This document shows, piece by piece, positions 24,742 through 35,394 of a stretch of 64,000 bases of DNA (the first letter of the stretch is position 1; each line of letters opens with the position of its first letter). Source of the DNA: a virus. Taxonomy: Duplodnaviria; Caudoviricetes. The position numbers and the translations under genes are program-made. The DNA lies in IMG/VR virus record IMGVR_UViG_3300010998_000005, positions 14,095-78,094 of that record. The stretch is one strand, 5' to 3'. The notes beneath the pieces were generated by a model, which made no database searches, had not been told where the DNA came from, and saw only the letters and a list, made by a program, of their open reading frames with translations.

Positions 24742-25665
24742 TTAGAATACTACAGAGCCACCGAAGCCGTTGCCCCACCAACCATAACCACCGTTGTACG
24801 GAGTGTTATTGACTGCCTGAATGTTTGGATAAACTACAGGTACGGTCGGAAGTTGCTTGTTGGCGATTGTGTCAACCGTCTTTTGCAATGGAGTCACAAG
24901 ACCATTTACATAGTTCGTGATAGCAGCCGTCTGATTTGCATTGTCTATCTGAGAACGAAGAAGTGCATTGTTAGCAGTCAAGGTTGTAATCTTGTCTTGC
25001 AGCTCACGCTTTTCAAGGTCGCAGAACTTCTCATTGATGAATGTGGTCTGCTGTGCGATGTCAGCACGTATCTGCGCAGTGTTCACATTTGCTTGGTTAG
25101 AGAGCGTACCCGTCTGCTCGATTGTGCGGATTTGGTTCTCGTAACCTTGTGCCATAATCTGCTGTTGTGTCTGACAGCAACACTGACAGAACTGTTGAGA
25201 AAGTGTCTGGTTTCCACTCTGTATAGAGTTGATAATCTGTGGAGTGCTTACGGCTTGTTGCAATGCGAGAGTGCTCAAAGAGTTTTGTATGCCTTGTATG
25301 CCTGTATTGACAAGGTTAAAGTCCTGACCTAACATTGTAGCAAGGTTTTGTACGGCGTTGCGATTTGCTTCTCCTTGTGAAGTGATTGCATTCATAAGCA
25401 ATTCGCGACCGCTATCGGTGTTGAGTTGCGTAGCAAGTGCTGCCATTTGTGCATTTCCACCGCCCCAATTACCGAAGTTGCCATTTCCACCCCAGCCAAA
25501 CATGTTAGCCACAAGTGCAAGTGCGAAGATGTCAAATACACCGTTCATGCCGTTGCCGAAGCCCCAGCCGTTGTTACCCATTCCACCGAAACCGATTGGA
25601 ATAGAGAAAGGAATTGTTGCATTCCCATTGTTGCCGTTTTCGGGCAACTGATAAATCTCTGCCAT
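24742..25665 (-). CDS. Gly/Asn-rich coiled-coil protein with CCC motif (function unknown)
   Basis: GN-rich N-terminus, hydrophobic segment IFALALVANMF, QFCQCCCQTQ and a long Q/N coiled coil. Confidence 0.8.
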   Translation of the reverse strand: MAEIYQLPENGNNGNATIPFSIPIGFGGMGNNGWGFGNGMNGVFDIFALALVANMFGWGGNGNFGNWGGGNAQMAALATQLNTDSGRELLMNAITSQGEANRNAVQNLATMLGQDFNLVNTGIQGIQNSLSTLALQQAVSTPQIINSIQSGNQTLSQQFCQCCCQTQQQIMAQGYENQIRTIEQTGTLSNQANVNTAQIRADIAQQTTFINEKFCDLEKRELQDKITTLTANNALLRSQIDNANQTAAITNYVNGLVTPLQKTVDTIANKQLPTVPVVYPNIQAVNNTPYNGGYGWWGNGFGGSVVF

Positions 25666-25885
25666 AGTTTTGAAAGATTTTACTTGTTAAACAATTTAGT
25701 TGAAATAATAGATTTTGTAACGCATTACGCCCACAAAATTAAATGTTATGCAAGCAAATCTTTCATGGATATTTTGATGTCCTTTTCAACGTGGGAAAAA
25801 CAAAATAAAAAAAACAAGCACCGATATAAAAACGATGCTTGTCAAGAGTAAAATGTATGAGGGAAAAAGAAATCTTCCTGAGAGA

Positions 25886-28800
25886 TTACATTTTCCCACC
25901 GTTATAAACGAAGAAGTCAAATGCGCAATCTACATTATTACCATTTATGTCTGTAGTTTGTGCAATAAAGTATGGGTATTGGATGTTATCAATAACTTCT
26001 GTCTTACATGTAGAGAAGAATATGCGTCTTTTTTCATCGGAGTTGGTGTGCCCACTAATAGATGGGTGAGAGGCAAGAATGTTGTTAGGCAATACAATTT
26101 TGTAAGTGCCAGTTGCGGTTTGGGACACAGAAAACAATCCAGTAGTAGTGCTCTGGGAGGAAGAGTAGATAGTCCCATTGGCGTTAACCATTGCTTTGAC
26201 AAAACAATTCAAAGGTAATCCCATATCTCCTTGGATGGCGGTCTTATTGAGTACAAGCCACCCCAAGAACTTTGTCTTAGTGCCCAATCCGAGCAATTCA
26301 ACAACTTCTCCATAAGAAATAGAAAGTTGTTTGATGCCGATACCATGATAATAAAAGTATTCCTCATTGATTGGCTGCCCCGTGTCAGGGTCTGTGTCGT
26401 TACCTTGCAGAACCAAGGTCGCTCTTGTGGTGTAGCCCGTAGAAAAATCCTGAGCTGCAAAACGCAATATGCGACCAGCGTTTTTAACGCCCGTGTATAT
26501 CTTATAGGTGACGTCGCTTAAACTTGCGAAGTTATTATCATAGGATTTGTCTTGAGTATCAGCAAGGTCATGCCAAGGTGAATACATACTATTTTGCATC
26601 AGTCCTTGAAACTCACCCTTATCTGCGTACACAGTACCTGCAACATTAGCATCATTGATATAAGCCTTGCCAGTTAGACCGTCAACGGCATAAGATGGGA
26701 TAAAATTTTCTCCCGTGTTGTCATTCGGGTGCGAGGGGTCAAATAAGTTGTAGTCAGTTGACACAACACCATTAACTGTACCATTTTGAGAAATCATCCA
26801 ATCCCCGCTGATGACAAAAGAGCCTAATTTTGCAAAGTTGGCAAATATTGCTTCCGAAATAAGATACTTGAAGTCCGTAACCATTATTTGCCAATTAGCA
26901 CTTGCACTTGATGGTGCGCCCATTTGAGCCATAGTGTAAGTACCATTAGCACCCACCCACACCCACTTGTTGTTATTGTAGGCGAAATAGGGTGTTTCGT
27001 AATCGGTAACGGAGAATTGTGTGGTAGTGTCGCTTGCATCGAAATCGCCGCCATAGTAGTAGTTCTTGCCTATCTTGCCCTGCCTGTCCTCTACATTGTC
27101 CATCCATTCCGTAGCGCAATCACCCTCTTCAATCTTTGGCATTGTTAACCACATCTCTGCTTGGTCGCCACTATTATCACACTGCAACCTCCACAAGACC
27201 CATGAATAACTCGGCAAGGTACTTGGTGTGCGGAACTTTACAACGCACTTAGTCCATGCCATAGATGATGCATGACCATGATAGAAGTCCATACCACCTG
27301 CCATGTACGACACGATGTTTCCGTCCGCAAGATAAAACCCTGCGCTATCCATTGTGAACGGATAAACAAAAACCCTTACGCTTGCATTGTTAACAATATT
27401 ACACTTTAGCCAATAAGACAAGGTGTACCACGTATTGGGTTTTAACTTGTTGGCTAATGATTGAGCAAGTATTTCTTTATAATGGCTACTTGAAGATGCT
27501 TCATACGTGTAACTTCCGTAATAACAAGGGATATTATTTATGTTATAACCGCTATTGGTCTGCACCTGACCATTGTAATCCCCCCACTTCCTTGTATCGG
27601 CAAAGCCGTAAGTGTCAGCAAGGATATTTTGTCCTATCGGCAGTGTGTTTTCAGCAAGACCGTTGTAGGACGTTGCCACTTGATTGGTCGTGTCGGTAAC
27701 GTCTTCTATTTTCAAGTTCTCCACTTTGTAGATGCCCTCAAATGACACAGTGCCAGTAGTCTCCAATAAAGTGCAAACGACATTCCTTATATCCACAAGG
27801 GGTGACAAGTACAACTTAAAGGTTTTTGCAACATTGGCAACAACATCAATAAAGTCAGAACCTACTGCAAAGGTGGTGTCTTCTTGTCGGCTTTCGATAC
27901 GAAAATAGCAGGAAACGGGAGAAGTGACTTTTCCCGAAATGGCATATTTGTGGTTGGCAGGCAGGTTTTCTGCCATGATTATATCGACGTTAGATGCAAT
28001 AATACTATCTCCCGTGCTCTTTGTGTAAGCCACAAAACCATTGTCAGAATGTGCACAGCTTGTGATATGCGCACCTAAAGCGAATTGCCTGTCATATCCG
28101 AAAAGATTGGCTTGGGGAGCATCGACTCCGCTTTCACCTGTATCACCTTTCTTACCCATACAACAATACTTGGTGGTATTCTTGCTTGTGTCGGTATATA
28201 CAGTTACCTCTTTCTTCCATAGATATGGGTAATCATTTGTGGTGATTGGCTGCGCGCTACTCCAAGATCCTTGTATGGCAGGTGCGGTAGTGTCATTAGA
28301 TGTTGTTCCTTGCGAAGAAATTGCATAGGTGTTAGTAATACTTACAATGCCATTACCATCTTCCACCAACTTGAATGCACTACCCCATGCACTTGCACTT
28401 ATAGTCGTAGTGGATTGTTCACTTTGAACAAACACTTGCCTTACCCAACAAGGGTTTCCATCACTATTAGGCACAACGACGCTCCATCCATTCAAAGTGC
28501 CGCTAAGCGTGCCATCCGCAAAAGAATATGTTGTGGTCGAGGTGGGCTTGTCGGAAGAAGTAGGCTGACTTGCAGAACGCTTGTAGATAAAAACAGTAGC
28601 AGTATTCTTTCCGTCATCACCCTTGTCACCTTTGATTTGACCGACATTTTCCCAAGAACTTTCATTGGCAACAAAAAGGTCTCCATCTACCATGTAACCA
28701 TCGCCCTCATCTGCCTCTGTTGCTTCCCAAGTAAAATCTGGGGCATTGATATAACACATCACTGTAGGCGAACTATAACCGTCATGATCTTCCCCGCCCT

Positions 28801-31800
28801 CGCTTTCGTAATAGTCGCTACTTGTATCAAGAATAAACAGGTCTCCTTCGGTTGGTTGTATATCGGACAAATCCTGTTCTAATGCCGTAAAGTTAGCATA
28901 ATGACCTATGGCAATACCACTAATCCTGATACTTGTTCCGTCCTCTGCATAATGTGCAAACAACGCAGGGCTTGACCACGCCCCCCATGTTCCATCTGTC
29001 TTTGTGCGCTTGGATATATAGACATTTTTATTTGAAGCACTGACACTAAGTGGGGATACACTCCAATTCGCAGGTACGTACTCATCGTCTTGTTCATAAC
29101 CACTTGGTATAGTAGGGGTGTTGCCTGAATAAGAATAGATGGTGCGCATACTACTACCGCTTGTCAAGAGTTTCTGCCAATAGAGAGAATTATTATCCGT
29201 AGGCTCATAGTAAACGTTGTTGTACGGCTGTGGTGTTTTACATCTCCAATAGTTGCCATTGTGCCAGACATTATGGGTTTCATATTGTCCTGTGTCCTCG
29301 TTGTACTGATTGAAGAGATATTCAGTATTGTCTTGCCATTCCCCCTTATCAATATACTCTACCTTTGGGTTTCCTTGCTTGTCAATCTTGATTAAATCCT
29401 CGACGACAATACCTTGCGCATAAAGGTAATCCGCACCATCTGCGACACGCTCCGCTACATTAGCATACGCTTTGACAAATGCAGGCAGTTCACCAAATGT
29501 TGCACCATAGTTGCCGTTAACAAGTTTTGGGCTGTTAACGCCCACAAGCCTTGTAATGCGACCATCGGTATTAGAAAGAATGAACAAACTTTGTAACCTC
29601 CTGCGTCTTTCTTTTTCCGCACTACTAATACCATCTTCTTCTGGATTAAGCACGTTACCCATTCTTGCGATAGTCATAAGTTCGCACGGCTCAAAGTTTG
29701 TTCCTGCGGGTGTTTGATTGTCGGCAAACAAAGACACGAGAATTTGATTGTTCGCAAGTGATATGCCTGTAGTGTTGCTATTGCTGGTTGCTATACACTG
29801 CATCCAAGAAGTGTAATACTTGTTGCTTCCGTCCGTTTCGACACTCTGACCTGTCGTGACATCACTCACGTTAGCAAGATTGGCAGCCAAGGTATTTACA
29901 ACCCCACGTAAGATATTGCCAACGCTTTGCGTGGTAATATAGCCACCCCATTTTTCTTTAAGGGATAGGCGATAGGCATCTCCACCCCCATAAGACAATT
30001 TTTCCACATAGTCTATTTGGTCATTGTCAGTAAACATAGTATCGCCCTCTTGTGCTTGCACACGATTTACCAACAACTCCATAATCTCCATAAAGGAACG
30101 TACCCTTATGCTTTCCACCTCCGCATTGCCAAGTTCATCTATGCGCCAACCACGACCTTGCGTAGTCATTCCTTGTATGTAATTGTTTGACCTTATATCA
30201 CTATGCAAGATAAGACTTCCGATACTATCCAATCCTTGTTGGAACGTAATCTTACCCAAGGCAATATCATCTTGAATACGGCTTAACCTACTTGATATGT
30301 CATTGATAAGGTTTTGAGCGTAATACTTTTGCATTTCGCTCATTTGTACCCTTAACGATGATACATCTTCCGTTACTTGCCCTATTTGGTTAAGCACTAC
30401 CTCAATATCATCGGTAAGCGTAATATCGTATTGTGGCAATACGTTATCACCCCATTTGATGCTTATCTGCTTAACGAACAAAGCCATTGTACTTTCGCCA
30501 CCAAATTGGAACTTAATACGTGTGTTGTTGTGTATCTGTTGCAGTATGTCAAGGTTGTTCGCCAAGAAGTATTCATCAAATTTCAAAGGGTATTCAAAGT
30601 GAGGCACGTTGTTTTCAAGCATATATTCCTTTGAAGCATCATCAAGCCTTTGCTCTGCATCTTGAATATATGTCAAAGGCAAGGATATACCTAAGAAAAC
30701 AATAATATCATTTTCCTTTGGCTGTTGGTACACATTAGGCATTATTGTGCCAAAAGTTTCGTATTCCTTTTGGCATATAACAGTTATGCTACCTTGTGAA
30801 CTATCGGGGTATTTGTCGTAATCACGTTGTTCACCTTGTGGATTAAACTTGCCATCGCTGTCATAGAAATTCTTTTTGTAATCCTCCCAATCGACTTGTA
30901 TGGGGAAAGTACAACCTATGCAAGCACCGCTACGCATATAGATTTTCATTTCCTCGGTAATGCTTGCACAAGCGTAAAGGTCAAATGACAGTTGTGGCAA
31001 AGTCATTTGGAAGTAACTTTGGAGATAATTACCATCATCATCCATTGTATCATCCCAATCGGGTTCGGGTGCTTCGTTGGCATATAATACTTTCTTTTCA
31101 AAGTTTACGCCACTTGACTCGTATTTTTCCGTAAGGAAATAATCATTAAGCACCTTCACTTCGTATTTGTAGGTGTATGCCCCGCCAACACTTTCTTCAT
31201 CCTTATCTGTTGGAGGAGATTGCGTTATAACCAAAGAACCAAGCACATCTTTTTCTTCTGCTATGGCAGATACGCCCATAATTTGACCAAGAAAGGTGTT
31301 AAAACCTGACACGGTTACATAATCACTCTCTTCTTCTTTTGTGTTGTATGGTTTTGCATTCTCTGGAAGTTGCGTGCTATCCCCCAATTCGGGTTTAATA
31401 TCCTCAAATTGATGTATTTCATACGAGGGGCTTGACGGATTGATGGGGTTAGGATAAGAATTGTCGGCATCATAGTAGTCTATAATCCTTGTTTCGGGGT
31501 CATAGTTCGTATTAAGCGGATTAACCTTTTTGTTCACCGTTTCACCGTATATACTTGGCATAAGGTGGTTACGTGTGAAAGGGTGCATGATAAGCCTTAC
31601 CTTTTGACCATTCACAACACCATCATAGATAGGGTAAGAAAGGAAATTGTCCTTGTCGTTGTCTATCGTGTAATCCCACGTTTGGTCGCCAGTCCACACA
31701 ATTTGCGGATAGCCGTAAGGAATATTACTCTCGCTACCATAGCCCGAAATCCTTGTTACTATCTTATTATTCTTTGGTGTGCGTGAATTATTCTTTAAGC

Positions 31801-32506
31801 CAACACCTTGACCTAACTTGAACACATATTCCTCACCATCTACCGATACCATTTCATTAGGCATACCAAAGGTAATAGCATAGCGTTTTCCATCTTGGTA
31901 ATCTGCATCGCTATCTGCAAGTTTTTGTATGGTAAATGGCTTTTCCCACGTTTCGTAAGCCGTTTTTAAGGCATCGCTTATAAAGTTGTTGTCGAAAGAT
32001 AAAACCTCGCTTAACTTGTCATCTGCTAAGGTTACGTTGTTTCTTACAATCCACTCCGTATGCGCAAGGTTGGCATTAAGTTTAGCCACAAAGTCACGCA
32101 AGTAACCTATCCAAGAGAATGTCTTGTTTTGCGCAAGGTATCTTTCCTCACTGTCGGTTACTGCCACATCGGTAAACTCAAAGTTGCCTAACATATACAT
32201 AGGGTGATAGAACGTAAAGGAATACTTAGTCAACCCCTTTGCCGCACTATTGTCCTTTACCAATCCCTCACGCACAATGGTAGGAGGGGTTACAAGGACG
32301 TAACGCACACCCTCGTATTCTATGTATTCTTGCATAGTAACTGCAAGGGTGTTGTCCTTATAATACGCATCACCTGTAATCTTGTCACCAAGTGACATTA
32401 CAACACTTTCAAATGCCGACTTATGTAACACCAAATCCTCAAATGATGTGCCGTCGGCGTTGTATATCGGAAACTGTACGTTCAACCCTTTTGCGCTAAT
32501 ATCCAT
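25886..32506 (-). CDS. Large tail-tip / tail fibre (host-recognition) protein, 2206 aa
   Basis: Hub-like N-terminus (VTRISGYGSESNIP), short GxxGxxG collagen-like linkers, and beta-rich carbohydrate-binding-like C-terminal domains. Confidence 0.75.
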   Translation of the reverse strand: MDISAKGLNVQFPIYNADGTSFEDLVLHKSAFESVVMSLGDKITGDAYYKDNTLAVTMQEYIEYEGVRYVLVTPPTIVREGLVKDNSAAKGLTKYSFTFYHPMYMLGNFEFTDVAVTDSEERYLAQNKTFSWIGYLRDFVAKLNANLAHTEWIVRNNVTLADDKLSEVLSFDNNFISDALKTAYETWEKPFTIQKLADSDADYQDGKRYAITFGMPNEMVSVDGEEYVFKLGQGVGLKNNSRTPKNNKIVTRISGYGSESNIPYGYPQIVWTGDQTWDYTIDNDKDNFLSYPIYDGVVNGQKVRLIMHPFTRNHLMPSIYGETVNKKVNPLNTNYDPETRIIDYYDADNSYPNPINPSSPSYEIHQFEDIKPELGDSTQLPENAKPYNTKEEESDYVTVSGFNTFLGQIMGVSAIAEEKDVLGSLVITQSPPTDKDEESVGGAYTYKYEVKVLNDYFLTEKYESSGVNFEKKVLYANEAPEPDWDDTMDDDGNYLQSYFQMTLPQLSFDLYACASITEEMKIYMRSGACIGCTFPIQVDWEDYKKNFYDSDGKFNPQGEQRDYDKYPDSSQGSITVICQKEYETFGTIMPNVYQQPKENDIIVFLGISLPLTYIQDAEQRLDDASKEYMLENNVPHFEYPLKFDEYFLANNLDILQQIHNNTRIKFQFGGESTMALFVKQISIKWGDNVLPQYDITLTDDIEVVLNQIGQVTEDVSSLRVQMSEMQKYYAQNLINDISSRLSRIQDDIALGKITFQQGLDSIGSLILHSDIRSNNYIQGMTTQGRGWRIDELGNAEVESIRVRSFMEIMELLVNRVQAQEGDTMFTDNDQIDYVEKLSYGGGDAYRLSLKEKWGGYITTQSVGNILRGVVNTLAANLANVSDVTTGQSVETDGSNKYYTSWMQCIATSNSNTTGISLANNQILVSLFADNQTPAGTNFEPCELMTIARMGNVLNPEEDGISSAEKERRRRLQSLFILSNTDGRITRLVGVNSPKLVNGNYGATFGELPAFVKAYANVAERVADGADYLYAQGIVVEDLIKIDKQGNPKVEYIDKGEWQDNTEYLFNQYNEDTGQYETHNVWHNGNYWRCKTPQPYNNVYYEPTDNNSLYWQKLLTSGSSMRTIYSYSGNTPTIPSGYEQDDEYVPANWSVSPLSVSASNKNVYISKRTKTDGTWGAWSSPALFAHYAEDGTSIRISGIAIGHYANFTALEQDLSDIQPTEGDLFILDTSSDYYESEGGEDHDGYSSPTVMCYINAPDFTWEATEADEGDGYMVDGDLFVANESSWENVGQIKGDKGDDGKNTATVFIYKRSASQPTSSDKPTSTTTYSFADGTLSGTLNGWSVVVPNSDGNPCWVRQVFVQSEQSTTTISASAWGSAFKLVEDGNGIVSITNTYAISSQGTTSNDTTAPAIQGSWSSAQPITTNDYPYLWKKEVTVYTDTSKNTTKYCCMGKKGDTGESGVDAPQANLFGYDRQFALGAHITSCAHSDNGFVAYTKSTGDSIIASNVDIIMAENLPANHKYAISGKVTSPVSCYFRIESRQEDTTFAVGSDFIDVVANVAKTFKLYLSPLVDIRNVVCTLLETTGTVSFEGIYKVENLKIEDVTDTTNQVATSYNGLAENTLPIGQNILADTYGFADTRKWGDYNGQVQTNSGYNINNIPCYYGSYTYEASSSSHYKEILAQSLANKLKPNTWYTLSYWLKCNIVNNASVRVFVYPFTMDSAGFYLADGNIVSYMAGGMDFYHGHASSMAWTKCVVKFRTPSTLPSYSWVLWRLQCDNSGDQAEMWLTMPKIEEGDCATEWMDNVEDRQGKIGKNYYYGGDFDASDTTTQFSVTDYETPYFAYNNNKWVWVGANGTYTMAQMGAPSSASANWQIMVTDFKYLISEAIFANFAKLGSFVISGDWMISQNGTVNGVVSTDYNLFDPSHPNDNTGENFIPSYAVDGLTGKAYINDANVAGTVYADKGEFQGLMQNSMYSPWHDLADTQDKSYDNNFASLSDVTYKIYTGVKNAGRILRFAAQDFSTGYTTRATLVLQGNDTDPDTGQPINEEYFYYHGIGIKQLSISYGEVVELLGLGTKTKFLGWLVLNKTAIQGDMGLPLNCFVKAMVNANGTIYSSSQSTTTGLFSVSQTATGTYKIVLPNNILASHPSISGHTNSDEKRRIFFSTCKTEVIDNIQYPYFIAQTTDINGNNVDCAFDFFVYNGGKM

Positions 32507-32916
32507 CTTATTATCTTATATATAATGAAACCTATAATCAAAATGCAAAGAAAAAGAGCATACTTATATGTTGTAGGTATTTTAGTAACTTCTTTTGTTA
32601 CTTCTTTCTCTTTGTTTACTATCTTATCCCTATACAAAGTATCTACCTTGATTACAACCCTGTCCTTATATGCTATCTTTTGCACATACTTGGTCGCAAA
32701 CACCGTATCGCCTTTCTTTACTACCTCGTAGTACACGCTATCGTGAATGTGGGATATAAGCGTGTCATGTTGCATCTTGGTAACATATTGCGTCACGATG
32801 CTATCCCTATATTCAATGTGCTTTTGTGTCTTGCAACCACTTAGAAGCAACAGAACAAGAATTGCACCCAAAGCGACATAGAATATGCCACACAAAAACT
32901 TCGTTTCCCTTTCCAT
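32482..32916 (-). CDS. Spanin-like lipoprotein (unimolecular architecture)
   Basis: Lipobox LSGC near the N-terminus, a C-terminal TM helix, and adjacency to the endolysin. Confidence 0.65.
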   Translation of the reverse strand: MERETKFLCGIFYVALGAILVLLLLSGCKTQKHIEYRDSIVTQYVTKMQHDTLISHIHDSVYYEVVKKGDTVFATKYVQKIAYKDRVVIKVDTLYRDKIVNKEKEVTKEVTKIPTTYKYALFLCILIIGFIIYKIIRWILAQKG

Positions 32917-32923
32917 GCCCTTT

Positions 32924-33403
32924 TTACTTTTTCTTTATGTTGTCACTTGCATCGACAAAATAGCGTTCTTTGCCAAGAAACATATTTGCCTCGGCTACAC
33001 GCCTACGTTTCAGTCCTAACAAAGGTCTACCACCTGCATTGTGCCACTTTATGAGTTGGTCAGTAATTTCTTCATCGTTCCTATTAGCCACTATATAGCG
33101 TTTCATTGTACTTGAATTGAAAGCACCGCTACCAAGATTGAATATCCAACTGCACAAAGCATCAAACTCGTTTTGTGTAAGGTTTACACCAAGTTTATTC
33201 AAGGTCTGTTCGCAAGTAGCCAAGTCACTACGCAAATAAGCATCGGCTTGCGCTTGTGTTACGGTCATACCCATCTTTACACCTTTGGTATGCCCGACAC
33301 CGATAGTGGGAATACCTACACTATCACGATAGGCGGTTAACTTGCACCCCTCAAACTTTTTAATAAGGTCGATACCTTTTTGTGAAATCTTCATAAGCGT
33401 CAT
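32924..33403 (-). CDS. Endolysin, GH24 phage lysozyme
   Basis: LIKKFEGCKLTAYRDSVGIPTIGVGHT with E-8aa-D-5aa-T catalytic triad; FDALCSWIFNLG. Confidence 0.93.
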   Translation of the reverse strand: MTLMKISQKGIDLIKKFEGCKLTAYRDSVGIPTIGVGHTKGVKMGMTVTQAQADAYLRSDLATCEQTLNKLGVNLTQNEFDALCSWIFNLGSGAFNSSTMKRYIVANRNDEEITDQLIKWHNAGGRPLLGLKRRRVAEANMFLGKERYFVDASDNIKKK

Positions 33404-33409
33404 ACCCTT

Positions 33410-33829
33410 TTAGTTTTCATTGTCTGTGCTATCTTCTTGTATCTCCACTTTCTTGCGATTTGTGCATCCTGCAACGGCACACGAAAAAGGGAGTATCACC
33501 TCCAACTTCCTGCCCATACGTGCCATATCCCTGCGTAAATCTATGACTTGGTTTTCTATATTGTTATACTTTTCATGCAACTTGCGATTTTCTTCACGTA
33601 GGACTATATTTTCCTCCATAAGCATATCCCTGTCTTTGCGTATTTTGTCGCATACATTGTTCAAGTCATCAATCGTCTGCTGGTACACGTTTTGCATCTT
33701 TTCCCACCCATCAGCCTCGGCTTGTGCGGCTTCTCCGTTTTGTTTGCGCTTGTAGGCACGATAGGTCACAAACCAACCACCACTTGCTATGAGTGTCATT
33801 GCAGATATTACATAATTTAACCAATCCAT
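33410..33829 (-). CDS. Holin-like membrane/coiled-coil protein
   Basis: N-terminal TM helix plus coiled coil, immediately upstream of the endolysin. Confidence 0.5.
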   Translation of the reverse strand: MDWLNYVISAMTLIASGGWFVTYRAYKRKQNGEAAQAEADGWEKMQNVYQQTIDDLNNVCDKIRKDRDMLMEENIVLREENRKLHEKYNNIENQVIDLRRDMARMGRKLEVILPFSCAVAGCTNRKKVEIQEDSTDNEN

Positions 33830-33833
33830 ACGC

Positions 33834-35375
33834 TTAACTGTTTACTTGTGCAGGTTCAACTTCAATCTTATCTTCATTGTCACGAATTATATCGTTACGG
33901 TTAATTGCCATACTTGAAGCCTTGCCCGCATTATCCTCTACGGTCTTGTCGCTACGACTTATAAGCTTGCCACGCTCGGCAATAATACGTTCAACCTCAT
34001 CGGGTGCTGCATCAGGGCATCTCTCCACAATAGTCTGTGTAGAAAGATATGGTGCTTCCATTCCAAGATTGACAAGTTTGGTGTTCGTGGTTTCAAGCGA
34101 CCAGGGAATAATCCTTGCACCTATGCGAACTTGTGCAAACTTCTCCCTGCCATTTGTTTCCAAATCCATACCCTCTTGATGTAAGTAAACCATATCATTG
34201 ACAAACCTTTGCCAATCAATAGAGGATTGTACGGCAAGTGAGTAGTCGTTAGACATTGCAAGAGCAATACCGTTGCCGCCACTATTTGATGTGGTAATAT
34301 CTTTCGGGGTGATGAACGAAGTAGAAGAAAACAAGGAAATCTTTTCTTCTAAGGTCTTTAAGTACCCATCCATTGTTTGTGGCTCTGGGAAATCCAAAAC
34401 CTTTGCATCTTGCTTTCCATTTGTAGTGTCACTTGAAAGGTTTACGATAAGTGTGGAATTGTCACGCTTGAAACTATCCTTATCCATTTCGCCTATAAAG
34501 ACAAGTGCAAATGTACCAAAGCGTTTTAAGGCAATAGCATTGATGTTTGTCATCAACTCCCACATTTCAATAGAACTTTCGGCATATTCCCAAGCCACTT
34601 TGCCACGATTATAAAGAAGTGGGCAACGTGAAAAGCCGTGAGGTCTTTGTGTTATCTCCCATCCACCCTCTACGGCTTCGTTTTGAACAAAGCGATACAC
34701 AAACTTATTATCATAGGTATCAAGAACTAACTTACCGTCAAGTTCATAGGCAAGCGTGCGTGCTACCTCTGCACCATATTCATCATAGTTAGGTATGATT
34801 TGATAGCCATCTTCGTAAGAAAAGTTTGTAACCGTGTACTTGCTCGTTTCCTTGTCGTAACTAAATAATACACCGCAATTACCAAGTTTCTTGCAAGTAC
34901 TTATGGCTTCGTACTTGTACCATTCCATCTCACGCCAAAGCCATTCCTGTTTAATCTTGCTGAACACCTTTCTTTCGTTTTCCTCTGGTGTTTCGTTGCA
35001 AAGATTAAATTCCAAAGGGTTTGCCGTAAGGTTTCTTACGTGCGCTGCGTGTATCAACTTTTGGAACGATGCCGTTTGCACAATCTCCATTATATTCGTA
35101 GGCAGTTCCGTGCCATTCAAAGTAACCCTAATCTTAGGTATTGACTTGTTCAATATAATGTGGTGCAAATCGGGGTTGTATTCCGTAATGTACGTGTCTT
35201 GCGAAATAGGGTGCAAGGTAAGGTTGGCAAACCCCGTATTCATATACGTATTGTTAAGTATGCTTTCATCCTCAAACCCGTGTGCATTCAAAGAACCACC
35301 ACGTGTAAAGGGTTTCATACTCAACAATCTCATTGGGTCTTGTGCAAACCATTTAATGTCGTGTAGTCTATTCAT
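33834..35375 (-). CDS. Portal protein
   Basis: 513 aa, directly downstream of the terminase; SGGNGIALAM and late-helix pattern typical of SPP1-like portals. Confidence 0.75.
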   Translation of the reverse strand: MNRLHDIKWFAQDPMRLLSMKPFTRGGSLNAHGFEDESILNNTYMNTGFANLTLHPISQDTYITEYNPDLHHIILNKSIPKIRVTLNGTELPTNIMEIVQTASFQKLIHAAHVRNLTANPLEFNLCNETPEENERKVFSKIKQEWLWREMEWYKYEAISTCKKLGNCGVLFSYDKETSKYTVTNFSYEDGYQIIPNYDEYGAEVARTLAYELDGKLVLDTYDNKFVYRFVQNEAVEGGWEITQRPHGFSRCPLLYNRGKVAWEYAESSIEMWELMTNINAIALKRFGTFALVFIGEMDKDSFKRDNSTLIVNLSSDTTNGKQDAKVLDFPEPQTMDGYLKTLEEKISLFSSTSFITPKDITTSNSGGNGIALAMSNDYSLAVQSSIDWQRFVNDMVYLHQEGMDLETNGREKFAQVRIGARIIPWSLETTNTKLVNLGMEAPYLSTQTIVERCPDAAPDEVERIIAERGKLISRSDKTVEDNAGKASSMAINRNDIIRDNEDKIEVEPAQVNS

Positions 35376-35394
35376 AAACCTTTCTTATAATATA

